DNA of 64,000 nt from Octopus sinensis (GCF_006345805.1 NC_042999.1:97464001-97528000), one strand, 5' to 3'. Shown: positions 13,461 to 27,626, numbered from the stretch's first letter. Numbers and translations are program-made. The notes: generated from the letters alone by a model not told the origin.

Positions 13461-15502
13461 ATATGTACTCTTCTAGTAACCAACGCTCACCTGTTTTCAG
13501 GTAAGTAATTTTTTCTAAGACTAGACATGTTTAATGGAAGACTGAAAATGAAGGACATTGCATGCAGACAGTGACACAACTACCACGCAATGTAAAGACA
13601 TGGGAGAACAGTAACACATACTCATATACATACATGTGTGTGCATGTGTGCGTGTATATATGTGTATATACACACAACAAGTTTCATTTAGTCCCCATGT
13701 ACCAATACCAAGTCCACTTACAAGGCTTTGGTCAGCTTGGGGAAATATTAGATTTACCCAAGGTGCCATGCTGTGGAACTGAACCCAGAACCATGTGGTT
13801 TAGAATCAGACATTTTACCACACAGCTATGAATGATGCTGTGATATCTATTTCAACTCTTTATATTCAGAGTTCTTGGGTTATAGACTTAATCTGTCATC
13901 CAGGTTAACACCACTGCCTGGTTCTTGGGTGACTTTACAGGCATTCACTCTGTTGCATGCACTTGGGCTATGCATTTCCATGCTTTCATAGAAAAAAAAA
14001 CAAGCATTAATAACAGTATCAGTAACAATCACTATGATAAAAGCACTGACTACTTCACCAATAACAACAACAATAACTGCAACAGCTAGCCTTAACAACA
14101 GCAAAAGTAACAAAAACAACGGCAACAACAAAAATAATAACAGTAACCATAGCAATAATAACACCAGTCACAATCAGAGCAACAAACAGTGAACATAAAA
14201 TCCTTCATTCCAACTCCCTACTTCACAGCATCAACACCTCCCTTCCCTTTGCTCTGTGAGTGATGCAAGCAATGATAAGGGGGATGAAATGCTGACAATG
14301 ACAGTGATGATGAAGAGGAATATGATTGCAATGAGGATGATGATAGAAAAGAATTCATTAACTGCTACCACTTGATGGAATTTAGTGTTTAGCTAATGGC
14401 AAGCAGCCAGAATAGTTTTTCACTCAAACAATATGCAATCTTCTGCTTTGTTCTTTGTTCTAACCTTGGTGTCTTAGAATTCCTCTGCAACTACAGTTTT
14501 ATATTACACCCCATCCATCCTACCTTCTCACCTCTACCTGAAGAAGTTGTTAGCATTATATTTTGGGCAGTTGATAGATTCAAGAGTTTAACTAGATACA
14601 CACTGCTCTCCACCCCCATATTCACTCTCTTTCACTCACTAACTCTCTCCATACAGCTTCTCTGCCACCTTAACACATTCTCATCTCCCTCTCCTAGCCT
14701 CCACCATCTCTACAATACCCTCTCTCTTTCTTTCACTGATCCTCTTCCCACAGCTTCTCCAGCTTCTCATTCCCTCATCTCTAACTATCTTTCACACATC
14801 TCTCCACCCACCTGCTCATATTAACCTATATAACCTGGGGTAGCATGAGATCCTTCCTATGCATTCTACTCCATTCATCATCCTTACCACTTCACCTCTC
14901 TCCCTTTCTCATTAGCCCCAGCACTACTCTTTCCCTTCTGTTATTCCTTCAACACTGTCTCTCTCTAATCTCTTCACGACCACCCTTTCGCAACATACTT
15001 CTCAACACCTCATCTAAATTCATCACTCTTCCACCTGTTCTTCCTCTCAGACAGGGTAGGTGAGTGGGTCTTTAGTCATACTAATTACAAGGTGACCTCA
15101 CTACTGCTGACACCATGAAATGAAAAACCCAGTTCACTCTGCTTGCTAATCAGACACAGACAACTGACTCAGGAAAACTCTTTAGTCTCTCCAAGAGCAC
15201 AACAAGCGCTGTTGTGCAGTTATCATGTAATATGAGTCCACTACACTCTGTAAAATTGTTAGTGTGGAGGAGAGCATCCACCTGTAGATACCATGCCAAA
15301 ACTGAAACACTTGAGTTTAACATAGTCTTCCAACCCACTGAGTCCATTCAAACTGTCTAATCCCTTTCAGCGTGGAAAATGTACATAAAAATCATGATGG
15401 TGATAATACACACACACACACGTGCACACACACTCACACATGTGCACACACACACAAACACACACACACACTCATACATACATACATACATACATACATA
15501 CA

Positions 15503-15538
<36 letters not shown>

Positions 15539-15625
15539 TGTACGCACACACCCATATATATATGTATAAATAATGTTTGTGTGCATATCTATATGTGCAT
15601 GTATGTATGAGTGTGTATAAATACA

Positions 15626-15712
<87 letters not shown>

Positions 15713-15799
15713 TATATATATTGATGCTAGCTGCAGGCAGGGTTGTATGGTTAAGAAGCTTGCTTCCTCATGACGTAGACTTGGGGTTCAGTCAGTGTG

Positions 15800-16030
15800 C
15801 GTAAGCATTTTGAGAGAAAAGTTGGGCATAAGAGGCATCAGATGTGGTGAGCAAGAGAGACAATTGCACTGGTATGGTCATGTGATGCATATGGATGAGG
15901 ACAGCTGTGTAAAAGAGTGCCAATCTCTAACTGTGGAAGGAACTTGTGGTAGAGGTAGGCCCAGGAAGACATGGGATGAGGTGGAGAAGCATGATCTTTG
16001 GGCCTCACAGAGGTGATTGAGATCTTTGGC
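15800..16030 (+). mobile_element. 5'-truncated RTE LINE 3' end
   Basis: LREKLGIRGIRC...LHWYGHVMHMDEDSCVK...GRGRPRKTWDEV is the typical RTE C-terminus. Confidence 0.85.
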
Positions 16031-16289
16031 TATATGCCATGCTTGAGAAGACCCATCAAACCAAATGAAATCATAGTCATGTCTAATGCCAATGGCACAT
16101 AAAAAGCACCATTCGAAAGTTGGGCCTCATGGAGGCGAAGTGGCCGATGCCAGTGGCATGTAAAATGCTCCTTTTGAGTGTTGGGCCGCACAGAGGCAAT
16201 GATCAAGACCTTTGGCATTATGTCATGCTTGAAAAGAAGACTCATCAAGCCAAGTAAGATTGCAGTCATGACACACAAATAGCACCTGT

Positions 16290-16472
16290 GTTGGTGGCAC
16301 ATAAAAGCACCCATTACACTCTCAGAGTGGTTGATGTTAGGAAGGGCATCCAGCTGTAGGAATCATGCTAAATCAGACTGGGGTCTGGTGCATCCTTTCA
16401 GCTTGCCAGCCCTGGTCAAACTGTCCAACCCTGCCAACATGGACAATGGGTGCTAAATGATGATGATGATGA
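16290..16472 (+). mobile_element. (GAT)n-tailed SINE/RTE 3'-like family (other copies ~30790-31010, 34405-34560 minus, 35230-35485, 37765-38005, 43070-43250 minus, 45170-45330, 47440-47875, 50730-50935)
   Basis: Shared core GAGTGGTTGGCGTTAGGAAGGGCATCCAGCTGTAGAAAC...CCAACCCATGCTAGCATGGAAAACGGACGTTAAACGATGATGAT. Confidence 0.8.
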
Positions 16473-18315
16473 TATATCATGGAGTTTGGGGGAGAAATTC
16501 ATTTATTCATTACTGAATTTCTTGAATGCCTATTTGTCAAACTTTGCGTAAGGGAACTACAATCTAGGATACATTATCATCATTACAATATTGATCATTG
16601 TGAGTCTATGTGAGGCTGCCACACTATACTCAATAAGCTCAAACCTGTTATCAGTATAGGAAACATGCTTGCATTTTCCAACTTCTCAATCTACTAAATA
16701 TGTACTGCTTTTTGATTAAAGTCTCCTGCCTCCCTCAAGCTACTTATCTATCTCTCCTTCTTTGTCTTCCCTCTCTTTCTCTCTCCCTTCCCTCTCCTTC
16801 TCCCTCTCCCTCTCTCTTCCCCCACTTCACATTCAATATCTTGATCTTTCTCTGACACATAATTCAATTATGTTACAGAGACAAAAAAGAAAATCAAGAA
16901 ACACAGGGAGAGAGGTGGATATAAAGAAAGAAAAAAACTTTCATTCTACAACTCTATAGATGTGTTTGAGTGTGTGTGTGTGTGTGTGTGTGTGCACATG
17001 TAAATGTTGGGAGGGGGGGCATGTGTGCATGAAAATGTGTGTGTATCGATGTGTGTTTGTATGTGTGTGTATGATTGTGTGTTTGCATGTATGTGATTTA
17101 AGACCTCAAATATTTAAAAAATTTCATCTCATCTCTCCATCACTAAACACCTGTCAGATAATTGTCCTCATCATCATCATCCTCATCATCATCATGAACA
17201 TCATCATCACCATCATCATCATCACCACCATCATCATCACCATCATCATCATCATCTTCATCATCATCATCGTGACCAGCACTAACAACAACAACAACAT
17301 CAGCACCAGTTCCAAATAATGTATGCATTATGGGGTCCCCTACCAAAAACTTCACTACTATCCCATCAATATTCTCCACAAGCCACTGATTGAGCCTCTT
17401 ACATAGTAACTAGTCCTGTGAGAAATATTGTTTCACCCTTTAGAATTCAGATTCCTTTGGAAAATGTGATGCTTATTGATTCACATTGTTTTGAATTAAT
17501 CACACATTATCTTGTAGCTTCAAGATTTCAATGGTGTGTTTGTATATTTTTAGAATGACATTGTAGGATAGGTGTGAGAGGTCGGATCTCGTCAGTTTTA
17601 ACATAAAGTAGATAAAATTTTTGGGCCGCATATGGCCAGATTAAATGCTAAAGGGTGAAATCTTCCTCAAATCACTCCTTACAAACTGAATAATGGGGAA
17701 AAAAAGGAAGTTCTCAAGCTTTTACTATCACAACCCATTTGTGCAAACTCATAAGCCTCTATGGCTAGGATGATCGTATTTTTAAATATGTAACTGTATC
17801 AGGAAAGGTTTTCAGTTTGGACACTCAAAAACACAAAAACACATATGTGTGTGTGTGTGTGTTTGTGTGCATGCATATATATGTGCATGTGTATGTGTGC
17901 ACATGTGTGTGTGCATGTGTGTGTATGAGTGTATGCATGCCTCTGTGTGTGTGTGTGTGTGTGTGAGAGTGAGAGAGAGAGACATACATACAGAGAAAGT
18001 ATGTGCATAACAGAAAGCTCCACACCAAACTCCTTCTACAGAGACTGGTGAGAAAGAGAACCACTTTTGTGCCAATGCTATGAAAAAATACACCTAATAT
18101 ATACTGTGAAGTAGTTGGTAAATGGGTAGTACAAACGTAGGAGTGAGGTTTTTTTTAGTCCTGTCTTGCTAAGGACTATTCAACCTTTCTAGTGTTGATA
18201 TCATGCGAAAATATGAGAAGCTGGTATAAAATGTTGAAGATGATGATGATGAATATCTGTCTGTCTGTCTGTCTGTATGTATGTATGTATGTATATATAC
18301 ACACACACACACACA

Positions 18316-18350
<35 letters not shown>

Positions 18351-18490
18351 GTTCTTATATCTGAAAAAGAAGCACACTCCAAAACATTAGAGCAATAATA
18401 TTTAGAAAGTTGTTTGTTATGCCTCTTTAGAGTCACTGCTGATTTGTTAAATCACAGCTCTTCTTCTTCTTCTTCTTCTTCTTCTTCTTC

Positions 18491-18540
<50 letters not shown>

Positions 18541-19096
18541 CTGCAATTTCTTGCCAAACAACCTGCCCAAATGATTTGTTTATAATGATCAGATGTTTGT
18601 GCTATGCATTTGCTCATTTCCTCCAACAAATCAACAATGCCTGTACTAGTGCACAGTGTGCCACATGTCAAATGTTGAAGTGATTGCAAAGCAACATGAA
18701 GTGAAGTGTTTTGCTCAAGAACATAACACATCACCCAAGCTAGGAATTGAAACCATGACCTTGTCATTATGAGTGCAATACCCTAACCACTAGGTCATGT
18801 GCCCACTGTAATCAGGACTAACCTGGAGTAAAATTACAGGAGCAGCATCGTCTCATTAACACCTGGGCTCACATGCCTACACTGTATGAATGTTGTCACC
18901 TGTAATCCACTGAAAGACTAACCTTGTTTCACTTGTCTCCACCACACTCCATGTACACTGCACTATATTCCAGCCATGCCTATTATCAGCATCACCACCA
19001 TGACCACCACCATGACAACCATAGACATTGCTATCCCCAACACCACTACCACCATCACCACAACCACCATCACCACAACAACAACAACAACAACAG

Positions 19097-19138
<42 letters not shown>

Positions 19139-20120
19139 TTTCTACTACTACTACTACTACCACTACAGCTGCAAACATTACTACTACCATCACAACAACC
19201 ACTGATATCACCACCACCACATTCACTGCCATGACCACCACCACTACTATCATCACTACCACAGCTATAAACAATCACTAACCTCACCACTACCACCACC
19301 ACTACCAAGGCTACTAACAACAACCACTAGCATCACTGCTAATACCACTACCAGCACAACAAACACCACTACCAGCACCACAAACAACACTACCAGCACC
19401 ACAAACACCACTACCAGCACCACCAACACCATTAGTACCTCAAGAACTACCACCACTGATGCTGCCACAGCACTAACACAACTAATACTACCAGTAGGAT
19501 CGCTATCACTGCTACTACTACTCCAACCACTAACACTAACACCACCACCACCACCACCACCATTACCATCATTGCCACTAGTACCACTGCAATCATCATC
19601 ACAAATAACATCATCAGTACCACTACTGCAACTAACACATCTACCATCACCACCACCACTACCACCGCTGCCATTGCTATTACCACCATTTCTATCAACA
19701 GCCCCCATTTCCACAGTTGGCATCTGTCTGGAATTCAGAGAATTCCAAAGACAATGAAATGCAGTGAATCACTACGGAAACTTCTGGAAAATGATGCTCT
19801 CTCTTCTAGAATGAATGATGCAAGCATCGTGTCCTGCTGCTGCTCTCCAGCATCGGATCTCTACTTGTAGAAAGAGTGGAGTGGTGGTGGTGGTGGTGGT
19901 GGTGATGATGGTGGAATGGGGTGAGATGAGGTGTTGGAAGTGAAGTGCTGGAAGAAGTGGAGTGGTGGCAAAGTGAGTAGTAGTAGTAGTAGTAGTGGTG
20001 GTGGTGGTGGTGGTGGTGGTGGTGGTGGTGGTGGTGGTGGTGGCAGCGGCGGCAGTGGTGGTGGTGGTGGTGGTAGCAGTTGTAGCAGTTGTAGTAGTAG
20101 TAGTAGTAATAGTAGTAGTA

Positions 20121-20152
<32 letters not shown>

Positions 20153-20153
20153 A

Positions 20154-20192
<39 letters not shown>

Positions 20193-20589
20193 CAGCAGCA
20201 GCAGTGGCAGTGGCAGCTGTGGTGGTGGTAAAAGTAATTGTGGTTAATGCTAGTAGTAGTTGTAATAATATTAGCAGTAATAGTAATAGCAGCCACAGTA
20301 GCAACGGCAGTAGTAGTTGTAGAAAAAAAAGCAATAATGAGAAGGGAGTGTTCTATGTGAGTGACAAAGTGGATGAGTGTTAGAAGGCTGAAGAGCTATC
20401 AAAGAGGTCAATGACAGAAACTTAACAACAGGCAGTTACATATGCAAGCTTGCATATGCACAGACATTTTCATGCATACATTTGCCTAGTGATATGTACC
20501 TTACACCTAACTGGTTGAGTGGGACTTCTACAGTAAATGTTACCAATCAACATAATCCTTTGTCATTTCCTCCATAAGGTGTAATGGCT

Positions 20590-21110
20590 TCAAATCTATC
20601 GTCACCATTTTGTTGCAAATCTTCCTCAATTTCCATTTTCCATAAATTTTCTTTACTTGGAGCACTCAGCACATCTTTATACAGGTCCCCCTCCATATGC
20701 TTCACATGCCTTTCTTGCACACTACATCTAATTCCTCTTATGCTCTATTTTTTCCCTCAGTTAATTTGTGTTCTCATTCATGCGTACTAACATAACACAT
20801 CAAGCAGAGCATGTCCACCTAGTTTCTTTCTAGTCTGCTCAGATCCCCAGCATTCAAGGCCTATGTCTCACAACTATGCAACGTTACACTTCATGCACAA
20901 GTTATCCAGCAATCTGCCCTTCACTCTGCGCAGCCTTTTGTTGCCAACAGAGTTAATAGCTCCCTAAACTTTTCCCAGCCAGTTCTTACTGTGTTTACTG
21001 AACTCTCAGAATACTCAACCACCACTACTAATTAAGGGTTTTAGGTAACAGGAGCATTCAACTACTTCAAGAGAGCCACCTTGGTATTAGATGGAGTTTA
21101 TTTGATTGGC
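20590..21110 (-). mobile_element. Decayed RTE LINE 3' fragment (same family as 15800-16030)
   Basis: Minus strand reads GGSLEVVECSCYL..., TGWEKFRELL.LLATK and LREK..IRGIRC.VQER-like segments with stops and frameshifts. Confidence 0.7.
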
Positions 21111-21363
21111 AAATGCTGCCCTTATATATATATATATATATATATATGCATATATTACTTAGACACAGGGACAACAATAATCTAGTATTAGAACACAATA
21201 TATATATCCTTCAGAAAAAGCATGAGTTAAGTACAGAACTTTTCCCTTATCATTTATGTTATCTCTTATATATAGCTTCATACATACATACATACCTACA
21301 TACATACATACATACATACATACATACATACATACATACATACATACATACATGCATACATAC

Positions 21364-21450
<87 letters not shown>

Positions 21451-21519
21451 CCCGGGCCAACCAATGCCTTGTGAGTGGATTTGGTAGACAGAAACTGAAA
21501 GAAGCCTGTCGTATATATG

Positions 21520-21554
<35 letters not shown>

Positions 21555-22468
21555 GTATGTGTGTGTGTGGCAAAAGAGACCGATAGAATAAGTACTGGGC
21601 TTACAAAAGAATAAGTCCCGGGGTCGATTTGCTCAACTAAAGGCGGTGCTCCAGCATGGCCGCAGTCAAATGACTGAAACAAGTAAAAGATAAAAGATAA
21701 ACAATGTATAAAATATAACTCCAAGAAAGTTAGAGGTTGTGAATCCAACCAACTAAGGGATAATATCTATCCAATATACTGCTGGTAGAATACCCAAATA
21801 TTAATACACAAGTGTTTTTTATTGCATTGCAATTACATTACCTAGTGTACTAAATGGGTGAAGGTAAAGAGATAGTTTACCATTAATTTATATAGCAATA
21901 AGAAAATAGAGGAGAACAATAGGAGAACACACGCACACACACATGGTGTTGTTGATTATGGAAATCAATTCATTAATGAATATAACCATTACTTGCTAAT
22001 ACTCTACGAAGTGAAGATGACTTTGTATCCCAACTGTTGAATTACAGTGTTTGTCATAAATGTCTTATCTTAATTAAATACAAAACAGAATTATTGTGAC
22101 ATTGAGCATAAAGCATACAAATTTTCAGAGCACCAATCAAAAATATTTGTTTCATGAGTAGCAAACAATATGACCTATTATAGGCTTGCTTTAGTAGATG
22201 CCTGTTTTGAATGGCTAACAAAACCAGCCTTAGAAAGACAAACTCAGTTACAAGGGGAGCATTTGAAGGGGTGAACATTAAGAATATCTATGAAGCTTCC
22301 TTTCCTTGTATCTCATTTCAGTTTTGCAGGTTTAATGTGATTATATTCAAAATGCTTAGATGCTTAAGTATTTTTTTTTTCCACAATACTTCATTAATTG
22401 CATTTCCCCCAAACTTTCCACATGAATAGTATAATTTTTCAGATTTGATTTATAACAGCTTTTGTATC

Positions 22469-22589
22469 TTAACTACTGTTTATGAGGTGATCTTCTCCCA
22501 GAATATAGTCCTCCAGTTCTTCATGGAGTGGATGATTTGGAAGTTTTTCATCATCCACATGGACAGAATAGCCAGTCCACCCCAGTCTG
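22469..22589 (-). CDS. Gene A terminal coding exon (RLGWTGYSVHVDDEKLPNHPLHEELEDYILGEDHLINSS*)
   Basis: NAGNAG acceptor ctctcttgtaatgtAG/CAG, 121 nt ending in TAA at 22469-22471. It is followed by repeat-free AT-rich UTR-like sequence with AATAAA near 21815. Confidence 0.65.
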
Positions 22590-22901
22590 CTACATTACAA
22601 GAGAGCGTCTATGTGTATATTTCCTTTCTTGGGAGTGCGTTGTGTTCTTGAGCAAAACACTTCACCTCACATTGCTCTGTGGTCACTTCAACACCTGATG
22701 CATAGTACACTGTGCACTTGTTCAAGCAACATTGATTTGAAGGAGAAAGTGAGCTAATGCACAGGACAGCACATGCATCTGGTCACTATAAACAAATCAT
22801 CAGTGCAGGTCGTTCAGCAGAAGCTGACCACTCATATGTTGTCTTCAACAGGAGAGTCCATCATTATTATTATTTTGTTTTGCCTTTGCATTATTTTTTA
22901 C

Positions 22902-22953
22902 AGACTGCCCCTAAGATTCAGCAGAGACATCAAGGCACAATAAGATTTTGCAT
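22902..22953 (-). CDS. Gene A exon (xAKSYCALMSLLNLRGSx)
   Basis: Acceptor tttttcacctcacctgttagcatttttAG, donor /GTAAAA, 52 nt, phase 1 to 2. It joins the terminal exon in frame. Confidence 0.55.
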
Positions 22954-24086
22954 CTAAAAATGCTAACAGGTGAGGTGAAAAACACTGATATGTAAAATTT
23001 TTTTAAATAATTCTATAAAATTTATTATATTTAATGAGCAAGATTACATTTACACAGAGAGGATTTCACTTTAAATATATTGCATATAAAATGTTTCTGT
23101 TGTTGTTGTTGGTGGTGGTGGTGGTGGTGGTGGTGGCGGCGGCGGTGATGGTGGCGGCGAAGGCGGTGGCGGTGGTGGCGGCGGCGGCGGTGGCGGTAGC
23201 GGTGGTGGCGGCGGCGGTGGTGGCGGCAGTGGTGGTGGTGGTGGTGGTGGTGGCGGCAGCAGTGATGGCAGAGGCAGTGGTGGTGGTGGTGTTACAGTTG
23301 CTGCTGCTGCTGTTGTTACCGAAGCTGCCGTTGTTGTTGTTGTTGTTGTTGCTTTTGTCCTTGTTCTTGTTGTTGAGCCTGATTATATTGGAGCTACCAA
23401 CAATTGAATCTGTTCCAGATGTGCAAACAATGACAGAACTATCTGGCATACACTTGTTTACTGACACTTTCCTCTCCAGTCATACCCTCATTGACATTTT
23501 CAAGTTTCAGTTGAAAAAAAAAAGGGAAGGTGCGGATGAAGAGAGATGAGTTTTCCTCCAGCAAATGCGTCAGAAGATGGGTGACTGTTGCATAAATAGA
23601 TGGCATTCCTCATATCATAGACATATAGGTTGGAAAACAATTGTTGTTCTCCAATAAGAGCACTTGCTCTTGGTGCTCAAAGATTTCTCAAGGTTTCCTG
23701 ATTAGCTCTAGTTGGAGGTCTTCATGTCTTCACAGGCCTGTGTCCTCCGTGAATTCACTTATTTATGAAGTATGTTTACTTTTTATCTCATTTCTTTTTA
23801 TCTTCCCTTGTCATCCAATCTAATGTTAACTCCCGCACTATGTGTAATGTACTTTTCATCCAACACCCCTCTGGCAAATAGCAGAAATTATTATCATCAT
23901 CATCATCACCATCACCAGGAGCAGCTGCAATGGCAGCAGTGACAGCAATAGTAGTGAGAATAGCAAAATTACAGATAAGGATGTGGAAGCTGTAGGAAAG
24001 TATTAGCAACCGGAAGTACCGGAAGACGATGTGGGGGGGAAGCAACAACATCCCCTACCTTGTTACATACACACACACACCAAACG

Positions 24087-24117
<31 letters not shown>

Positions 24118-24754
24118 CTCTTTACTCAGCTACTAATTTTGGTAGGGTGTGGGATGAGCTTTTGTTCACCTAGTTAGGCCTCCTGTCTCTCAAAACATAT
24201 GCATACACAAACACACACACACATGTGCATGTATATGTAAGTATATGCGTGTGTTTGTATGTATGGATACACATAACACTCATTCATACACATATACACA
24301 TATACACACATCCATATGCATATTACACATGACTACACTTATGAAAATACACACATGTGCTGTATATACTCACAGGTTGCACACAATCATACACACACAT
24401 AAATTTATACTTATGACCATAATATATTACACCAGTCTTTTTCTTTCTTCTATCTCTCTTTTCCCTCTCTTTCTCTCTCTATGTGTCTATCTTTCTATCC
24501 ATCTACCTGTATTTTATATGTAGCCAAGACGAAATGCTGTGGTCGGGAAGGGGGCTGGTGACACAAACTTTCATAACCTGTATTTTATATGTATGTAGGT
24601 AGCTGTTAATTTATCCAAATGAGTACTCTCTCTCTTTCTCAATCTCTGTCTTACTCTACTTGTCCATCTATCTATTTGATGCAGACATACACACACACAC
24701 ACACATGTATATATCATCATCATCAACAACAACATATATATATATATATCTACA

Positions 24755-24970
24755 CAGGTGATTTCAAAAGGTTCCTGGACTAGTTATGTTTAGTAAAAAA
24801 AAACTTATTTACATAAGTGATACCATATTGTTTTTGGTGAGAAACTCATGAGTGAGGAGAGCCTGTGAAGAATTCAATTCTTCACGCTTCACATATCTGG
24901 TCACTTTTGTTGAATGGACCCCCTCAAATGCTTCAAAACATCGCAGTAGAACTCTCAATTGATGGTCTTA
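24755..24970 (-). mobile_element. mariner transposase fragment with one degenerate terminus
   Basis: Minus strand reads TINREFYCDVLKHLRG...KN*ILH and TKNNMVSL, matching the mariner T(I/V)NxEYYxxVLxxLR...WxLHHDNA region. Confidence 0.65.
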
Positions 24971-24974
24971 AATC

Positions 24975-25335
24975 ATTTTCAGTTACTTTTTTGATCATTT
25001 CAAGTGCTCCTACAATCACTGGTATTGTAACCATCTTGAGATGAACATCTTTTCAATATCGATTAGCAGATCTTTATATTTTCTGAGCTTATCAAATTCT
25101 TTTGCTGAGATATTATGGTCACAGAGTATGTGCATGCCAGTCAATAAACAGACTTTATTGCTTTTGTCTTTCACAACAATATCTGATTTATTTGCCTTCA
25201 TGGTCCGATCTGTACATACTGGGAAGTCCCAAAGAATAGTTACATTTTCTCCTGAGTGGTGTTTGTACCATTTATCAGCAGTTTTGATTTTATAATGCCA
25301 ACACATTATCCAATGTAGATATTGGCCAACTCTGT
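24975..25335 (-). mobile_element. Dong/R4-type LINE fragment (restriction-like endonuclease domain)
   Basis: ILWDFPVCTDRTMKANKSDIVVKDK...KEFDKLRKYKDLLIDIEKM matches the PD..D RLE region. Confidence 0.85.
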
Positions 25336-25494
25336 CATGTCTTGATTTGTACTCTACAGGCGCTAAAACCTTACATCCAACAATTAAGTGGTCAGCTGTT
25401 TCTATCTCATTGTTGCAGTATCAGCACTTTGAGTCTATACCATTTTTCATCACATTGGCTTGATATTTCTGAATCAATAAACTCCGACCTTGGG

Positions 25495-25533
<39 letters not shown>

Positions 25534-25537
25534 GATG

Positions 25538-25568
<31 letters not shown>

Positions 25569-25869
25569 GATACCAGCCTATGATAACTACTCCCACAGAA
25601 AGAATTAGTCTTAGTAAATTACTGTAAGACAGTACCTCAGAGGATGTCTCAGGAAGCTTTTGAGGTTGGCTAATGAATTAAAGAAGGATTAATTGGCTTG
25701 TAGTGATCAGATTAATTCTGCAGGCATAGTTACCATAAACGTGAGGCTAAACAATAACAACAACTAGTTGGTGAGTCCTCCTATTTACAAACATGTGGCT
25801 GTTAATCCACCATCCCATAATAGTTAGTAACAGTTATGGAAAATGTTGTGAAGTAGAATATGAGTATAC

Positions 25870-25894
25870 CACCAACACAGCTACTACTTATCAG
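25870..25894 (-). CDS. Gene A candidate short exon (LISSSCVG)
   Basis: Very strong acceptor ttcttgtactcttttacttgtttttacAG. The donor GTG/GTATAC was chosen because phase 0 to 1 bridges its neighbours; the 3' boundary is uncertain. Confidence 0.35.
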
Positions 25895-26238
25895 CTGTAA
25901 AAACAAGTAAAAGAGTACAAGAATATAGAATTCATAACTGATACTTATTTGGGAATCTCACTCCAACAGTGTTATCAAGAAAGAAACTGAAAATATTTCT
26001 TTACCCAGATTCAGAATATTCTTTCCTATCAACACTGAGATAATGTAATCTTAATAATATCTTATTCAACTGAACACAATTGTAACATTACAATTAAGAT
26101 TGGCATATAAAGTTGTGACTGTGAACTACAAAGGCCATCATCGTCATTGTTGTTATTGTCATCACATCATCATCGTTATCATCATCATTGTTAGCATCAG
26201 CATCAGTAGTTGCATCAGTAGTTGCGTGCAGACATATA

Positions 26239-26463
26239 CAAAAGTAGGTTTACAGTTATCCTGTAGGCACTTTAAATTTCTTTTAAAACATTCTATTACA
26301 TTTAAGTTTCTATCTTACAAACAGAAAAGGGAGCTTGATAAAATTAGCTAAATTAGCATAGAATAATGGTTTCCTATTTTCTTATAATTATGATCTAAAC
26401 TGTTCATATATGAATGTGAAAGAGATAGTTAAATAACTGTAAACCTACTTTTGGGCCACCCTG
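26239..26463. mobile_element. Tc1/mariner-type MITE with TA flanks
   Basis: Right TIR ATAACTGTAAACCTACTTTTGGGCCACCCTG-TA. Left TA-CA-AAAGTAGGTTTACAGTTAT is its complement with 10 nt missing. Confidence 0.75.
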
Positions 26464-27246
26464 TATACATTAAAGCAAAAGCAAAATATAATTACAGTAA
26501 TTATAATTGTGTCTTTTTCACAAGGGTGATGCATTTGTGAATAGCATAATGGTAAATTACAAAAATGGCAAGGTTTTGCTGTATTGAGTATGAGAAACCA
26601 GGCATAAAAATAAGATTAAGGAATGAAATGTTCCAATAGAGTAATAGTCACCTTGAATGAAACATGGAACCTAACTGATCTTGGATTACCCTTACTGTCA
26701 AAAACTAGTACCCCATTTCAGCTGTTCTCCAGCCTAAAAGAACGCACTGATAGTAAATCCATTCATTGGGCCTTGCTTCCCAATTTCACATTTCAGCAAA
26801 TTTATTGGTAGGCAGCCTCTCTCTCTCGCTCTCTCTCTCTCTCACTCTCTCCCCCTCTCTCTATTTTCACCTTCACCATATGAAACTTGAAGAAGTTCAA
26901 GAGGGGCTTGACTGAAGAAGAAAGACTCTATCCTTAGGTCATCCATTCTTCTCCATTACACAAATTCTTTTTCTACAGCTTTTATGCATTTTAACCAATG
27001 GGACAAAATGGAAATAATGAAGGATAAAAAATATAAACAAGATATTTCAAATCAGAGATATCAACTGTCTGAACCAACTTGATTAAGGATTTCTTACACA
27101 GGCATCAGATTGTACAGTCAATTAAATTGACTTCAGTACTTAAGAAGAACTGTTTATAGTTTGAGTCTAGAAATGAAAAGAAAAGTCAAACTTGGTGGTA
27201 TTTGAACTCAGAACTTTTGCACTTATCATCTAACCTCAAAAGCTAC

Positions 27247-27306
27247 CTGAGACATATCATTTCTTGTTATACCATTTGATAAAGGAAAACTACCAACTCT
27301 TTCCTT
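27247..27306 (-). CDS. Gene A exon (KERVGSFPLSNGITRNDMSQ)
   Basis: Acceptor atcatcttgttgtggtttttAG, donor CAG/GTAGCT, 60 nt. Only frame 0 is open; phase 0 to 0. Confidence 0.55.
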
Positions 27307-27588
27307 CTAAAAACCACAACAAGATGATACTTATAAGGGACTCAGACATGAGTAGAATAAACATAAGAAAAGGTTTCAAAGAATAATAAATAAAATACCA
27401 GTAAAGTACTAGGGTCAATTCAGTTGACTTGTTGATGGATGGGGGTAAGTAGGGTAGGATGAGATAGAATGGTGTAGGAACCTTATTGTGGCTTTCTTCT
27501 GGAGTGATGAAATGCAATAACCAAACTTAACAGAATTTGAAGTAAGAATAATGAGGCCTTAGACTTGATACAAGAAGCTACCAAGTTC

Positions 27589-27626
<38 letters not shown>

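Noticed and set aside
13477-13500. TTCTAG...CAG/GTAAGT plus-strand micro-exon-like segment
   Set aside because: It lies in a dispersed repeat; a similar CTCACCTGTTTCCAGG motif recurs at ~13045 and ~34765.
22181-22270. Plus-strand peptide LALVDACFEWLTKPALERQTQLQGEHLK
   Set aside because: The donor is weak (GTGAAC), it falls in gene A's probable 3' UTR on the other strand, and open frames of this length are expected by chance.
22904-22969. Plus-strand exon reading with a strong acceptor, GTGAGG donor and a terminal ATG
   Set aside because: All three frames contain stops, and the overlapping minus-strand exon fits the gene A chain. An antisense non-coding exon is not excluded.
23066-23467. 133-aa low-complexity minus-strand ORF (poly-N/T/A)
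   Set aside because: It is mostly trinucleotide repeat, with no convincing splice sites that fit the gene A phases.
26623-27101. Plus-strand ORF TLNETWNLTDLG... and downstream FMHFNQWDKMEI...; minus-strand QAPLELLQVSYGE
   Set aside because: The splice phases do not join each other or gene A, and no homology is recognised.
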